Below are positions 8,051 to 16,002 of a stretch of DNA of 64,000 bases, piece after piece. The notes under the pieces are model-generated. The model was not told the origin of the DNA, did not search any database, and saw nothing but the letters and a program-made list of their open reading frames with translations. The stretch comes from a virus (Duplodnaviria; Caudoviricetes), in the IMG/VR virus record IMGVR_UViG_3300012971_000019, positions 1 to 64,000 of that record; one strand, 5' to 3'. The translations under genes and the position numbers were made by a program. Numbering within the stretch: position 1 is the first letter of the stretch; each line of letters begins with the position of its first letter.

Positions 8051-8535
8051 TGGATCGTCCCTTTCATGCGAGTTGGCAGCATGTGCGAGATGCGCCCAGC
8101 GAACGCATTGCTATCACCCTCGGGGAAGATTTCGAGCGGACCGAGATAGGGCTTCTTGCCCTTCGGCCGGATGATTGCGCGCCGCGCCAGCGTCGTGCCG
8201 TCGCGGTCCTCGCCGAAGAACATGACGATCTCCTCGCGCTTCTTCTTCAGCGAGGCGACACCGTGCTCTTGCGCCTGGGCATATTCCGCTGTGGTCAACT
8301 CGCCGGCCATCCACGCCTCGTCGATGTAAACGCAGCGCACCACGTCGTTGAGATCGAACAGCGCGCGCACCATGGCCATCGCTTCGTTCTTGTTCTCGCA
8401 CGGTGGCGTGAACACTAGCTCGGGGCCCTGCATCGGCACCGCGTGCCACATCGGGAATACCTGGCCGCGGTGCTTGAATTGCTTCTCGATCAGGCGCGAT
8501 GCGTTGGTGATCAGCTCTTTGAGTTCCGGGGTCAT
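8047..8535 (-). CDS. conserved phage hypothetical protein
   Basis: 162-aa ORF with host-like codon usage, coupled to neighbours. Confidence 0.7.
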   Translation of the reverse strand: MTPELKELITNASRLIEKQFKHRGQVFPMWHAVPMQGPELVFTPPCENKNEAMAMVRALFDLNDVVRCVYIDEAWMAGELTTAEYAQAQEHGVASLKKKREEIVMFFGEDRDGTTLARRAIIRPKGKKPYLGPLEIFPEGDSNAFAGRISHMLPTRMKGTIQ

Positions 8536-9014
8536 AAGTTCCTCTCTTCGCCGCGCAGGATGCGCAGCGCTCTCACGTATCTGCGCCGCAAATACCTGGC
8601 GGCCTCGGGCAGCTCGCGCCGCTCGTCCGCATTGTCCTCACAGTCGGCAATCTTCACCGCGATGGCGAGCGCATTGCCGGATGCCGCGATCGATCTGATC
8701 CAGTCGAGGTAGGTCACGCCCGCCGGGGTGCCGGCCAGCCGCGCCTCGGTCGGCGGCCTGGTCAGCAGCTCGACCGCCTCGACCACTGCGCGCGAGTAGC
8801 CGCGCTCCAGGAGATCGGCGGCGGTGAATTCGGTGTCCTCGATCACGTCGTGCAGCAGCGCCACCTGGCGGGCCTCGTCGCTGGCGTCGGGCCCGAGCCG
8901 GTGCATGACCGAGAGCGGATGCAGCCAGAACGGCTCGCCAGCCTTGTCAACCTGGCCGGCGTGGGCCCGCTGGATGAACTCGATCGTTTCGTTGACCGTG
9001 GGTCTCGTCGTCAT
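8532..9014 (-). CDS. HD-domain hydrolase, RelA/SpoT-HD (Mesh1/small alarmone hydrolase)-like
   Basis: AHAGQVDKAGEPF..HP..V, ALLHDVIEDT, AVKIADCEDN; own RBS (GGAGG) and promoter. ORF is open upstream to 9158. Confidence 0.85.
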   Translation of the reverse strand: MTTRPTVNETIEFIQRAHAGQVDKAGEPFWLHPLSVMHRLGPDASDEARQVALLHDVIEDTEFTAADLLERGYSRAVVEAVELLTRPPTEARLAGTPAGVTYLDWIRSIAASGNALAIAVKIADCEDNADERRELPEAARYLRRRYVRALRILRGEERNL

Positions 9015-9030
9015 TCTTCCTCCACCATTA

Positions 9031-9059
9031 ATATAGGACTTTTTGCCCGCAATTTCCAG
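9031..9059 (-). promoter_or_regulatory. RpoH/RpoD-like promoter CTGGAA-N16-CCTATAT
   Basis: member of five-copy motif family; directly upstream of RBS and ATG at 9014. Confidence 0.65.
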
Positions 9060-9154
9060 GGGGGCGAAGGCCTCGCCACACGTCGTGCACAGGCCATTAA
9101 CGAAGTGATGGCACTCGGCTGTGGGTGGCGCGCCGAAGGTGATGGCGGTGAGTT

Positions 9155-9529
9155 TCATTTGCGGGCCTTCCCGTATCCTGGGCCGATCAGGTTGTGGTCA
9201 CGCGCAGCCGAGCGGCCCATCTGAGCAGCGCAATTGTTGGTACAGAAGAAGTCGTAGCGTGTCTCGTAGCTCGTGCCGTCCCAATCGTGAATCCAAGCGA
9301 TCGACTTACTGCCATCAAGTTCAGCGAACATCTTAACGTGAACGATCGGCCGATCGGTCACCCGCTGCGCGTCCTCGATCGTGCGCAGCGGCTCGTCCAC
9401 TTCGATGTCGCGCCAGAACTGGCCGTTGCTAAGCGTGCGCGTGAAGTCGGGCCTGCGGACATGGACGTTCGTTTTTCGCGTGCGCTTACGCAGCGGCCTG
9501 CCACACCAGCGGCAGCGAGGGGCGGTCAT
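9155..9529 (-). CDS. Zn-binding hypothetical protein
   Basis: CRWCG near N-terminus and FFCTNNCA near C-terminus. Confidence 0.7.
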   Translation of the reverse strand: MTAPRCRWCGRPLRKRTRKTNVHVRRPDFTRTLSNGQFWRDIEVDEPLRTIEDAQRVTDRPIVHVKMFAELDGSKSIAWIHDWDGTSYETRYDFFCTNNCAAQMGRSAARDHNLIGPGYGKARK

Positions 9530-9720
9530 GACTCGATCTCCAAGTCCTGGAGGAAGTTGCGGAAGTCGGTGAAGGCCTCGCGCTCTCCATCGACACGTAG
9601 CTGGTCGCGCTTGCGCTCTTTGTACGGGAGCATTTCGATGCGGCGGTCCAACTCGTGGATCAGTGCCGCGCGCAAGTCCTCCGCGGTCTTGGCGCGCACG
9701 CTATGGGTCACGCTGCTCAT
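9526..9720 (-). CDS. hypothetical protein
   Basis: coupled ORF MSSVTHSVRAKTAEDL... Confidence 0.55.
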   Translation of the reverse strand: MSSVTHSVRAKTAEDLRAALIHELDRRIEMLPYKERKRDQLRVDGEREAFTDFRNFLQDLEIES

Positions 9721-9941
9721 CGTGAGTATCCTTTCACTTTGCCGATGCCGAGGAACTTCATGCGCGCCTTCACCGGCAGTTGGTTGAGGTAGGTCGCGGC
9801 GAGGCGCTCGGCCGCTTGCTCGGGTGTCAACGAGTCGATGAACGCGTTGCGCCAATCGCGGTGCTTGATCGCTCGCGGATCGATCTCGACCTCGGCCAGG
9901 AGTTTGGCGACCGAGGCCTTCCAGGCGGCGAAGTCGGTCAT
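9717..9941 (-). CDS. hypothetical protein
   Basis: coupled ORF MTDFAAWKASV...LTPEQAAERL. Confidence 0.6.
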   Translation of the reverse strand: MTDFAAWKASVAKLLAEVEIDPRAIKHRDWRNAFIDSLTPEQAAERLAATYLNQLPVKARMKFLGIGKVKGYSR

Positions 9942-10099
9942 GGCGTTTCTCCTGTGATCGGGATTGCACCGTCAAGGACGGCGAACATTTTGTTCGCGAG
10001 GTCGCGCCGCTCGTCACCCGTTAAGGGGCGATCATCGTAAAGGCGCGTCATGATCGCCCGCAGGGAAAGGAACGCGGCTTTGTCGATCAGCATGGTCAT
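9938..10099 (-). CDS. 53-aa hypothetical protein (not in ORF track)
   Basis: MTMLIDKAAFLSLRAIMTRLYDDRPLTGDERRDLANKMFAVLDGAIPITGETP; ATGA overlaps at both ends. Confidence 0.55.
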   Translation of the reverse strand: MTMLIDKAAFLSLRAIMTRLYDDRPLTGDERRDLANKMFAVLDGAIPITGETP

Positions 10100-10467
10100 T
10101 CCTTTTCTTTGAGCGCGGCCATTGCCGTTTGCACGTTCTCGGGCGTTTCCGTGAGACCGTGCTCCTCAAGCCACTCGACCACGGCCAGGTTATAGGCCGC
10201 GTCCCACCGGCCGGTCGTGGCCAGCGTGGAAGCTTTGACCGTTCCAAACTCCGTTTTTGGTGCTTCGATCGGATGCACCTCGCAGGTGATGCCGACCGCC
10301 AGCTTCGATTTGCGCGACTTGTTGTCGATGGCTTTGTTGCCGAGCCTGGCGGCCAGGCGATCGACATCGATCGTCAGGTCAACCTGGCAGAACACATCCT
10401 CGTAAGTATGCGGGGAGCCGAGCCCGGTGCGGCGCCGCAGCCTGATCTTGGTGGTGTAGTGTTTCAC
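10096..10467 (-). CDS. hypothetical protein
   Basis: GTG start overlapping upstream stop; VKHYTTKIRL... Confidence 0.55.
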   Translation of the reverse strand: MKHYTTKIRLRRRTGLGSPHTYEDVFCQVDLTIDVDRLAARLGNKAIDNKSRKSKLAVGITCEVHPIEAPKTEFGTVKASTLATTGRWDAAYNLAVVEWLEEHGLTETPENVQTAMAALKEKE

Positions 10468-10679
10468 GGTATCGCTCCCCAGTTCATGTTCTCGGTGCCG
10501 TAGAGATCGAGTATCTCGGCCTCGGTCGCACCGCGTTCGCGCATCGAGTTGACGCATGCCGCACACACGCCATAACCGGTGTCGCGGTTCCAATGCTGCC
10601 GCCAGGTGCCCGCATAGCGTCCGCAGCAGCAGCACGTCATGCGGCGGAAATGATTGTCTTGTCCGACTCGGATGGTCAT
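10464..10679 (-). CDS. small Zn-finger protein
   Basis: TCCCCG...WNRDTGYGVCAAC. Confidence 0.65.
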   Translation of the reverse strand: MTIRVGQDNHFRRMTCCCCGRYAGTWRQHWNRDTGYGVCAACVNSMRERGATEAEILDLYGTENMNWGAIP

Positions 10680-10903
10680 GGCTTTGTGCTTTCGACCGAG
10701 ACGCGCCTCCAGCCATCCGCTTCGAAGAGGATGCGATCGGTGACCGGGTCATCGCACTCGACCACGCGGGTCTCGCGCACGAGGGTCCAACGCATCGAGA
10801 GATCGCGCACCCAGGCCTCCGCTTCTTCGCGCGTCGCGAAACGCAACGCGTTGCCGACAAACTGACCGGACGAGTCAGCGATCACTTCGGGTTTCCAGCT
10901 CAT
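10676..10903 (-). CDS. conserved phage hypothetical protein
   Basis: MSWKPEVIAD.SG...NALRFATREEAEA pattern. Confidence 0.7.
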   Translation of the reverse strand: MSWKPEVIADSSGQFVGNALRFATREEAEAWVRDLSMRWTLVRETRVVECDDPVTDRILFEADGWRRVSVESTKP

Positions 10904-11124
10904 TGTAGCCTTTCCAATGCGCGACCGAGGTTGACACACACGAGACCATCGAAGGTCGCGCCTTCAACGATGCTCTCGACGTAACGGGGTTCGATCACGA
11001 TGGCGTCGCCGAAGCGTTGCGCGTCGTTGGGAATGTGCTCGGCAATCCATGCTGTCGCCAATTCGGTGCGCGGCTCCATCAGCCAGATCGAGCCGTGGTC
11101 GGTGAAGTGCAGGTCAGCGGTCAT
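10900..11124 (-). CDS. conserved phage hypothetical protein
   Basis: DHGSIWLMEP.T..A..WI.E...FGDAIVIEPRY pattern. Confidence 0.7.
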   Translation of the reverse strand: MTADLHFTDHGSIWLMEPRTELATAWIAEHIPNDAQRFGDAIVIEPRYVESIVEGATFDGLVCVNLGRALERLQ

Positions 11125-11366
11125 CGTTTCACCTCGATACCGGCAGCGCCGAAATGCTTCTTGATGATCTCGAAGTCGGCGTCTTGCTGGCGCTTTAACT
11201 CCGCAGTATCAATCGGCATCCCCGGATCGTGCGGCAGCGTTGCCATGAGCACGAGCGTTTGTCCGCGCCGCTGGAAGATTAGTCCGCTGCGAGGAATGCC
11301 CCACGTCCCGCCGTCGGCCATGATCTCGAAATGCGCCTTGCTCCATGCGATGTCTTCGAATGTCAT
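11121..11366 (-). CDS. hypothetical protein
   Basis: coupled ORF, DGGTWGIPRSGLIF. Confidence 0.6.
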   Translation of the reverse strand: MTFEDIAWSKAHFEIMADGGTWGIPRSGLIFQRRGQTLVLMATLPHDPGMPIDTAELKRQQDADFEIIKKHFGAAGIEVKR

Positions 11367-11617
11367 AGCCAGCTCCCGTCGGGTTGCTTGGTCGGCCAGG
11401 GCTTCTCGCCGAACAGGGTGAAGAGGCTCACGCCGTCGACCATGATCCTGCCGACGCCGTCATCACTCACGGCGTAGGTCGAGCCGATCGTCGGGTGCTC
11501 GCCGACCCAGTGCGTGGCGAACGCTCGGGCCCGTGCCAGGGTTTTGAACTTGCGTCGCTTGTGCACGCCATCGATCGAGTCGTAGGTGACGGCAATGAAG
11601 CTCGGGTGCTCGGTCAT
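11363..11617 (-). CDS. conserved phage hypothetical protein
   Basis: VTYDSIDG...RKFKTL..AR.FA..WVGE.P.IG..YAVS.DGVGRI pattern. Confidence 0.7.
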   Translation of the reverse strand: MTEHPSFIAVTYDSIDGVHKRRKFKTLARARAFATHWVGEHPTIGSTYAVSDDGVGRIMVDGVSLFTLFGEKPWPTKQPDGSWL

Positions 11618-11631
11618 GATGCGACCTCCGT

Positions 11632-11856
11632 TTACGCGATGTGCAGGAGCAATTCTTCCGCCCCGTACACCGCTCGTTCGCCGCAGCTCTCGCACACGTA
11701 CTTGCGGGCGTCGGGCTCGCAGCCCTCGGCCTCGGCACCGCACGCGATGCAGAACCCGGGATTGTCGAGCGACACCATCGAGCGCTCGGCCGCTTCGAGA
11801 ACCTTTGCCGCCGTGACGCTTTTGTGGACCTCTCGGCCGTCAACTTTCATGGTCAT
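11632..11856 (-). CDS. small Zn-ribbon protein
   Basis: GFCIACG...EPDARKYVCESCG; RBS and promoter upstream of ATG 11856. Confidence 0.75.
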   Translation of the reverse strand: MTMKVDGREVHKSVTAAKVLEAAERSMVSLDNPGFCIACGAEAEGCEPDARKYVCESCGERAVYGAEELLLHIA

Positions 11857-11873
11857 TTCTCCCTTCACTTCTA

Positions 11874-11902
11874 ATATGGGGCGTGGCGCCCACATTTTCA
11901 AG
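11874..11902 (-). promoter_or_regulatory. RpoH-like promoter CTTGAA-N16-CCCATAT
   Basis: five-copy motif family, GGGCGCCACGCCC core. Confidence 0.7.
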
Positions 11903-12086
11903 TGTTGTTTGCCTCCATCGCCAGGCCGGCGAGCACGGCGTCCACTTCGCCCAGCATGCGCTGGGCCTCGGTGAACCGCGCGACCAGGCCGGGAAATTTT
12001 TCGTGGTCATCCAGGTCGTCGGGATCGTTGTTCTCGACGAATTGGCTGAGCGCTTCGGACAGCATCAGGACGCGGTTGAGGGTCAT
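11898..12086 (-). CDS. hypothetical protein
   Basis: coupled ORF MTLNRVLMLSEAL... Confidence 0.55.
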   Translation of the reverse strand: MTLNRVLMLSEALSQFVENNDPDDLDDHEKFPGLVARFTEAQRMLGEVDAVLAGLAMEANNT

Positions 12087-12748
12087 CGGTTGTCTCCTTT
12101 CAGCAGGTGGTCGCTGATCTCCTGGAGATCGCGCAGCACCGAGTTGAGCGCCCTGACGCGCCCTTCGTGGTCGCGCTGCGCGAGGTTGATCGCCTCGTTC
12201 TCGGCGTAGCCAGGGATGGTGTAGTAGTCGCGTCCGTGCGGTGCGGCCTTGCACAAGGCGTCCATCGCGATCTTGATCTGGATGTGCGCCTCGCGGACTT
12301 GCGCGAGTAGCTCGTCGCGTGACGTGCCGTTGAGATGCACCTGGGGGAGCATCACGCCGCGCGCAGTCCGCGCCGACTTGCGGACGTTCTGTTCGCGCTC
12401 TTTGGCGAGTTGTTCTTCGCGGTGGATTGCCGCACGCAGAGCGCCGTCGCGGAGATACTTGCTCGGCACCGAGTCATAGATGCCGGTGCGGACAGTGAAC
12501 CATCCGCCGCGCGGCGAGTAGCTCATGCGCGAGGTGATCTTGAGTGCCTCGGTCGCAGCGTTGTAGCGCGCAACGATCTCCTCGGGCTTGACCGATCGCG
12601 CGTTGGCGCGCTCCTCCAGCTCGGCCAACTCGCGTTCGAGCGGCTTGTATGAAAGCGGTCGCGAGTCCTTCCAGCCCTGGCGGGACATCCGCGTCAGCCC
12701 GGCGCGCAGATGGCTCGCGCGCTCGCGTTCTTTCTTGGTCATCGTCAT
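12083..12748 (-). CDS. two-domain phage hypothetical protein
   Basis: C-terminal PQVHLNGTS...APHGRDYY domain typical of phage early genes. Confidence 0.65.
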   Translation of the reverse strand: MTMTKKERERASHLRAGLTRMSRQGWKDSRPLSYKPLERELAELEERANARSVKPEEIVARYNAATEALKITSRMSYSPRGGWFTVRTGIYDSVPSKYLRDGALRAAIHREEQLAKEREQNVRKSARTARGVMLPQVHLNGTSRDELLAQVREAHIQIKIAMDALCKAAPHGRDYYTIPGYAENEAINLAQRDHEGRVRALNSVLRDLQEISDHLLKGDNR

Positions 12749-12765
12749 CGTCGTTGCTCCTTTTA

Positions 12766-13275
12766 TCATCCGGCGTAGAAAACCCACGTGTCGCCATCAT
12801 GCTCGACGAAGTAGTGATCGCCCCGGGCGTCGCGCGCGTAGGCCTCGTAGTCGAAGTAGTACCGGAGGTTCTCGGGGATTTTTTCCAGCGCGCCGGTCGA
12901 GTCCAGGAACTCCTCGGCCCAGGCCTTCGGACTGTCGTAGGTCCCGGCGTAGGCCTCGCGCGCCTGCTCGATCGTGCCGCTCTGATCGACGCCGTCCTGG
13001 TAGACGGCGAGCAGCTCGCGGTCGTTCTCATCGAGGGCGAGCCAATCGAACAGCTCATCGCTCACGTACGACTCGGAGTACATCGTGCGGGGGAAACCCT
13101 CGAAGTCCTGGAACATGAACTCGGGGTCGTCCTCGTCCTTGTGCAGCTCGGCGCAGGCCTTGAGGAAATCCTCCTTGTCGGCGTAGTCCTCCAGGTCGAG
13201 CCACTTGCCGGCGAGCGACCCGTTGTTGTACTTGGCGTAGGTCCCGACGTAGAGGCGGGGTGTTGTGTCGGTCAT
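12766..13275 (-). CDS. ardA: ArdA antirestriction protein (acidic DNA mimic)
   Basis: LYVGTYAKYNNGSLAGKWLDL, PEFMFQDFEG, IPENLRYYFDYEAYARD. Confidence 0.92.
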   Translation of the reverse strand: MTDTTPRLYVGTYAKYNNGSLAGKWLDLEDYADKEDFLKACAELHKDEDDPEFMFQDFEGFPRTMYSESYVSDELFDWLALDENDRELLAVYQDGVDQSGTIEQAREAYAGTYDSPKAWAEEFLDSTGALEKIPENLRYYFDYEAYARDARGDHYFVEHDGDTWVFYAG

Positions 13276-13279
13276 GGCG

Positions 13280-13624
13280 TCAGGCGTCTCCTTTCGTGAA
13301 CAGCGCGGTGAATTTTTTGTCGGCGTCGATGCGGCGGATGATTTCGGCCTTGGGCAGAAACCGAACGTCGACGTACTGGTAACCGTCGTAGTAAGGCAGG
13401 TGGACCAGGATCGACTTGCGGCCGTCACCGAGCATGTACTCGGCGTAGCCATCAGCGACTGGAAATCGGACGATCTCGCCGGTGCGCTTGCCGGTGTAGC
13501 CGTTGGCTTTCAGCCACGACGTTAGCCGCAGCTTGTGGGCCTCGATCGCGGCGTTCTCCTTGTCGCGGTCGTAGTTCGCATAGTCCGGTGTGGGGGCCGG
13601 GATGGGGCAGGCGTAGACTTTCAT
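13280..13624 (-). CDS. conserved phage hypothetical protein
   Basis: GEIVRFPVADGYAEYM...L.HLPY.DGYQY pattern. Confidence 0.75.
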   Translation of the reverse strand: MKVYACPIPAPTPDYANYDRDKENAAIEAHKLRLTSWLKANGYTGKRTGEIVRFPVADGYAEYMLGDGRKSILVHLPYYDGYQYVDVRFLPKAEIIRRIDADKKFTALFTKGDA

Positions 13625-13761
13625 GTTCGGTTTCCCTTCTTGCGTTCGAACCAGATTGCGAACAGCCCGACCCGAACGGTTTTCCATCCGGCGGCATGAA
13701 GCCGCTCGGCTTCCTTCTGCCCTTCGAGCGTGTGCGTGCTCACCATTCTGTACTCGGTCAT
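13621..13761 (-). CDS. 46-aa hypothetical protein (not in ORF track)
   Basis: MTEYRMVSTHTLEGQKEAERLHAAGWKTVRVGLFAIWFERKKGNRT; ATGA overlaps on both sides. Confidence 0.6.
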   Translation of the reverse strand: MTEYRMVSTHTLEGQKEAERLHAAGWKTVRVGLFAIWFERKKGNRT

Positions 13762-13976
13762 TCGTCGTCTCCTTTCAGCTCGAACCAGGCGTCAACCACG
13801 CCGGGGTAGACTTCCAGCTCGCTGCCATCAGCCCAAGTCAGCGCTACGTGGCCGCTTGAGCTGGGCTTGTGCGGGGGTCGCATGCCGGTCAGGGTCACGG
13901 TGTCACCGCGAAACGTGACCAGGGTGTCGCCGATGTTCAGCTCGGCGCCATTGGCTTTGCGAAGTTTCCAGGTCAT
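13758..13976 (-). CDS. small beta-barrel hypothetical protein
   Basis: IGDTLVTFRGD...PPHKPSSSGHV...EVYPGV. Confidence 0.65.
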   Translation of the reverse strand: MTWKLRKANGAELNIGDTLVTFRGDTVTLTGMRPPHKPSSSGHVALTWADGSELEVYPGVVDAWFELKGDDE

Positions 13977-14152
13977 ATGCGTTCTCCTTCGGCCTCGGTG
14001 TTCCGCCGCAGGAATTCGGGGATGGCTTCCAGGCCTTCGCCCTCGCCGGCTGGCTTCCAGTTGGTTCGCGTGGCCCAGGCCAGCTCGCGGACGAGGCGCT
14101 CGCGCCTCGCGTCCTCGTTTCGGTAGGGGTGTTTCCACTTCAGGCCGTTCAT
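13973..14152 (-). CDS. hypothetical protein with IPEFLRR tail
   Basis: coupled ORF; C-terminal IPxFLR motif of the kind known to dock on partner proteins. Confidence 0.55.
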   Translation of the reverse strand: MNGLKWKHPYRNEDARRERLVRELAWATRTNWKPAGEGEGLEAIPEFLRRNTEAEGERI

Positions 14153-14298
14153 CGCGCGTGCCTCTCGGCTCGCAGGGCCAGGTGGAGCGCTCTGGCGGGG
14201 ACTGCCTTGGGCTCGGGGCCCGCCGGCAGGAGCGTCTCGGCCCATGCCACCAGGGCGGCGAGGGTCTTGTGCAACCAGGTTTTTCGGGTCTTTCTCAT
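14149..14298 (-). CDS. first early gene, 49-aa hypothetical
   Basis: GGAGG RBS directly after promoter at 14318-14346. Confidence 0.55.
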   Translation of the reverse strand: MRKTRKTWLHKTLAALVAWAETLLPAGPEPKAVPARALHLALRAERHAR

Positions 14299-14311
14299 CT
14301 TTCTTCCTCCA

Positions 14312-14346
14312 CTTGAAATATAGGGCGTGGCGCCCTGATTTTCAAG
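14312..14346 (-). promoter_or_regulatory. quasi-palindromic RpoH-like promoter CTTGAA-N16-CCTATAT
   Basis: CTTGAAATATAGGGCG-tgg-CGCCCTGATTTTCAAG; heads the leftward early operon. Confidence 0.7.
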
Positions 14347-14395
14347 ATGACCGGAGGTGGAATTTTTCCCCTCTGCCAGCGCCCCGGGGCACGAT

Positions 14396-14441
14396 CCCGG
14401 GCACCCCGCTGAGGGGAACCCGGGCACCCCGCTGAGGGGAA
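14396..14441. repeat. perfect 23-bp tandem direct repeat x2
   Basis: CCCGGGCACCCCGCTGAGGGGAA at 14396 and 14419. Confidence 0.9.
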
Positions 14442-14690
14442 AGCAGTCTCGACCCGGCAGCTCGACGGCGAGTCCGCCGAGCGGGACTGGTACGCGGCCC
14501 TTTTCCTCTCATGACCCTTCCGTGGCAGGGATTTTCACCCTTCGCGCCGTTGTTTTGTTCGCTTTTCTCGGTCTACGCTGATCCGCTGTGGGGCCTGCAA
14601 TGGATGTTCCGTCACCCAAACCATTGGGGGAAAGCCCGCACCGTGCAGTGCCTTTCGGATCACTCAGGGGTGTTGGGCTGTTCCCTGACA

Positions 14691-14725
14691 CCTGAAATAT
14701 GGGGCGCCACGCCCGCATTTTCAAG
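14691..14725 (-). promoter_or_regulatory. quasi-palindromic RpoH-like promoter CTTGAA-N16-CCCATAT with core inverted relative to the 14312 copy
   Basis: CCTGAAATATGGGGCG-cca-CGCCCGCATTTTCAAG, 10 nt before late-gene ATG 14735. Confidence 0.6.
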
Positions 14726-14734
14726 GGGCCCGCG

Positions 14735-15331
14735 ATGGCAACGGCAAGCGACTGGCTCACGATCGACATGACGGAAGTCGAGGAGCTGGCGGCGCGCATG
14801 AACGCCGCGGCCGATCAGATTCCGTTCGCGCTCGCCAACGCGATGAACCACGCCGCGTTCGTGACGCGCCAGTTCATGATCGACAACACCTGGCCGCAGC
14901 ACGTTGAGGTGCGCAACCCGAACTTCATTCGGGCGGCGCTGCGCGTCGAGCAGGCGACCAAGCAGAATCTGACCGTGACAATTTTCGACGCGCTGAACAA
15001 ATCGGTGAAGCTGAAGCTGCACGCCGAGGGCGGCACGAAAAGCGCGCGCGGCCGGTTCGCGATCCCCAATCCGAAGTATGTGCGCAAGGATGCGACCGGT
15101 GTCCCGGTTTCGCAGAAGCCGCGGAACCTGCCCGACTCATTCATCCGCGGCAACGTCATCTATCAGCGGGTCGCGCGCGGGCTGCAGATGATGTATGTGC
15201 TGGCGCGATCGATCGTCGAGCCGAAGGACGTGCCGTTCTACGCCGACTTTCAAACGCACATGGCCGACGAGATCATGAAGGCGTTCCCGGATTCGATGGA
15301 GCGCGCGATGAAGACTCGCAGACCGAAGTGA
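14735..15331 (+). CDS. putative lambda gpZ-like tail completion protein
   Basis: QIPFALANAMNHAA...LHAEGGTK...MERAMKT pattern and position just upstream of terS. Confidence 0.5.
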   Translation: MATASDWLTIDMTEVEELAARMNAAADQIPFALANAMNHAAFVTRQFMIDNTWPQHVEVRNPNFIRAALRVEQATKQNLTVTIFDALNKSVKLKLHAEGGTKSARGRFAIPNPKYVRKDATGVPVSQKPRNLPDSFIRGNVIYQRVARGLQMMYVLARSIVEPKDVPFYADFQTHMADEIMKAFPDSMERAMKTRRPK

Positions 15332-15382
15332 GCTGTGGTATGGTGCGCGCTCGACCTCTTTTTGCTTGAATGCACCTCCTTT

Positions 15383-15424
15383 AGCGTTGCCGGGTGAATG
15401 CCAACCCATCCGGCAACGCTTTTT
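15383..15424 (+). terminator. 11-bp hairpin with T tract between gpZ-like gene and terS
   Basis: AGCGTTGCCGG-N16-CCGGCAACGCT-TTTT. Confidence 0.45.
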
Positions 15425-15435
15425 CTTGGGGCCTC

Positions 15436-16002
15436 ATGCCGTTCTATCCGTCTGAAACCATCGCCAAGGTGCTCAAGCTTACGCCGCGCCACGTCACCCG
15501 GCTGGCCGAGCAAGGAGTGATCCCGCTGCCGAACTCGGACGGCAAGTACGATCTGGTGCCGTGCGTGCAAGCCTACATCGAGTTCCTGCGCATGCGGCAC
15601 GGCGGCTCGAAGTCGGTGAAGTCGGCGCAGAAATTTTCCGCCGAACGAGCGCGCCTCTACGAGATGAAGGCCGACATCGCCGAGGTCGAGCGTGCGCGCC
15701 TGGTCGGCGATCTCGTCTCGGCCGAGGAAGTCGAAACGGTCTGGACTGATCTGGTCGCGGTCGCCAAAGCCAGGATGCTCGCGATCCCATCGAAGATGGC
15801 GCCGCGGTTGGCGTTGATCTCCAGCCCGACGAAAATCCGGGAGTTGCTCGACAGTGAACTATCAGCCGCACTCGGCGAGCTTGCAGGAGCTGCCGAAGTC
15901 GATCTCGATCCGGGCCAAGAGTACCCGCGTCGTCGAAATGGTGTGCACCGCGCTAAAGGCGTGGTCGCCGCCGCCAAAGCTGACAGTAAGCCAGTGGGCT
16001 GA
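15436..16002 (+). CDS. terS: terminase small subunit (Nu1-like)
   Basis: N-terminal HTH (IAKVLKLTPRHVTRL...GKYDLVPCVQAY), ERARL..KADIAE coil, ARMLAIP. Confidence 0.88.
   Translation: MPFYPSETIAKVLKLTPRHVTRLAEQGVIPLPNSDGKYDLVPCVQAYIEFLRMRHGGSKSVKSAQKFSAERARLYEMKADIAEVERARLVGDLVSAEEVETVWTDLVAVAKARMLAIPSKMAPRLALISSPTKIRELLDSELSAALGELAGAAEVDLDPGQEYPRRRNGVHRAKGVVAAAKADSKPVG

Noticed and set aside
14396-14441. CRISPR array
   Set aside because: Only two abutting copies, no spacers and no cas genes.
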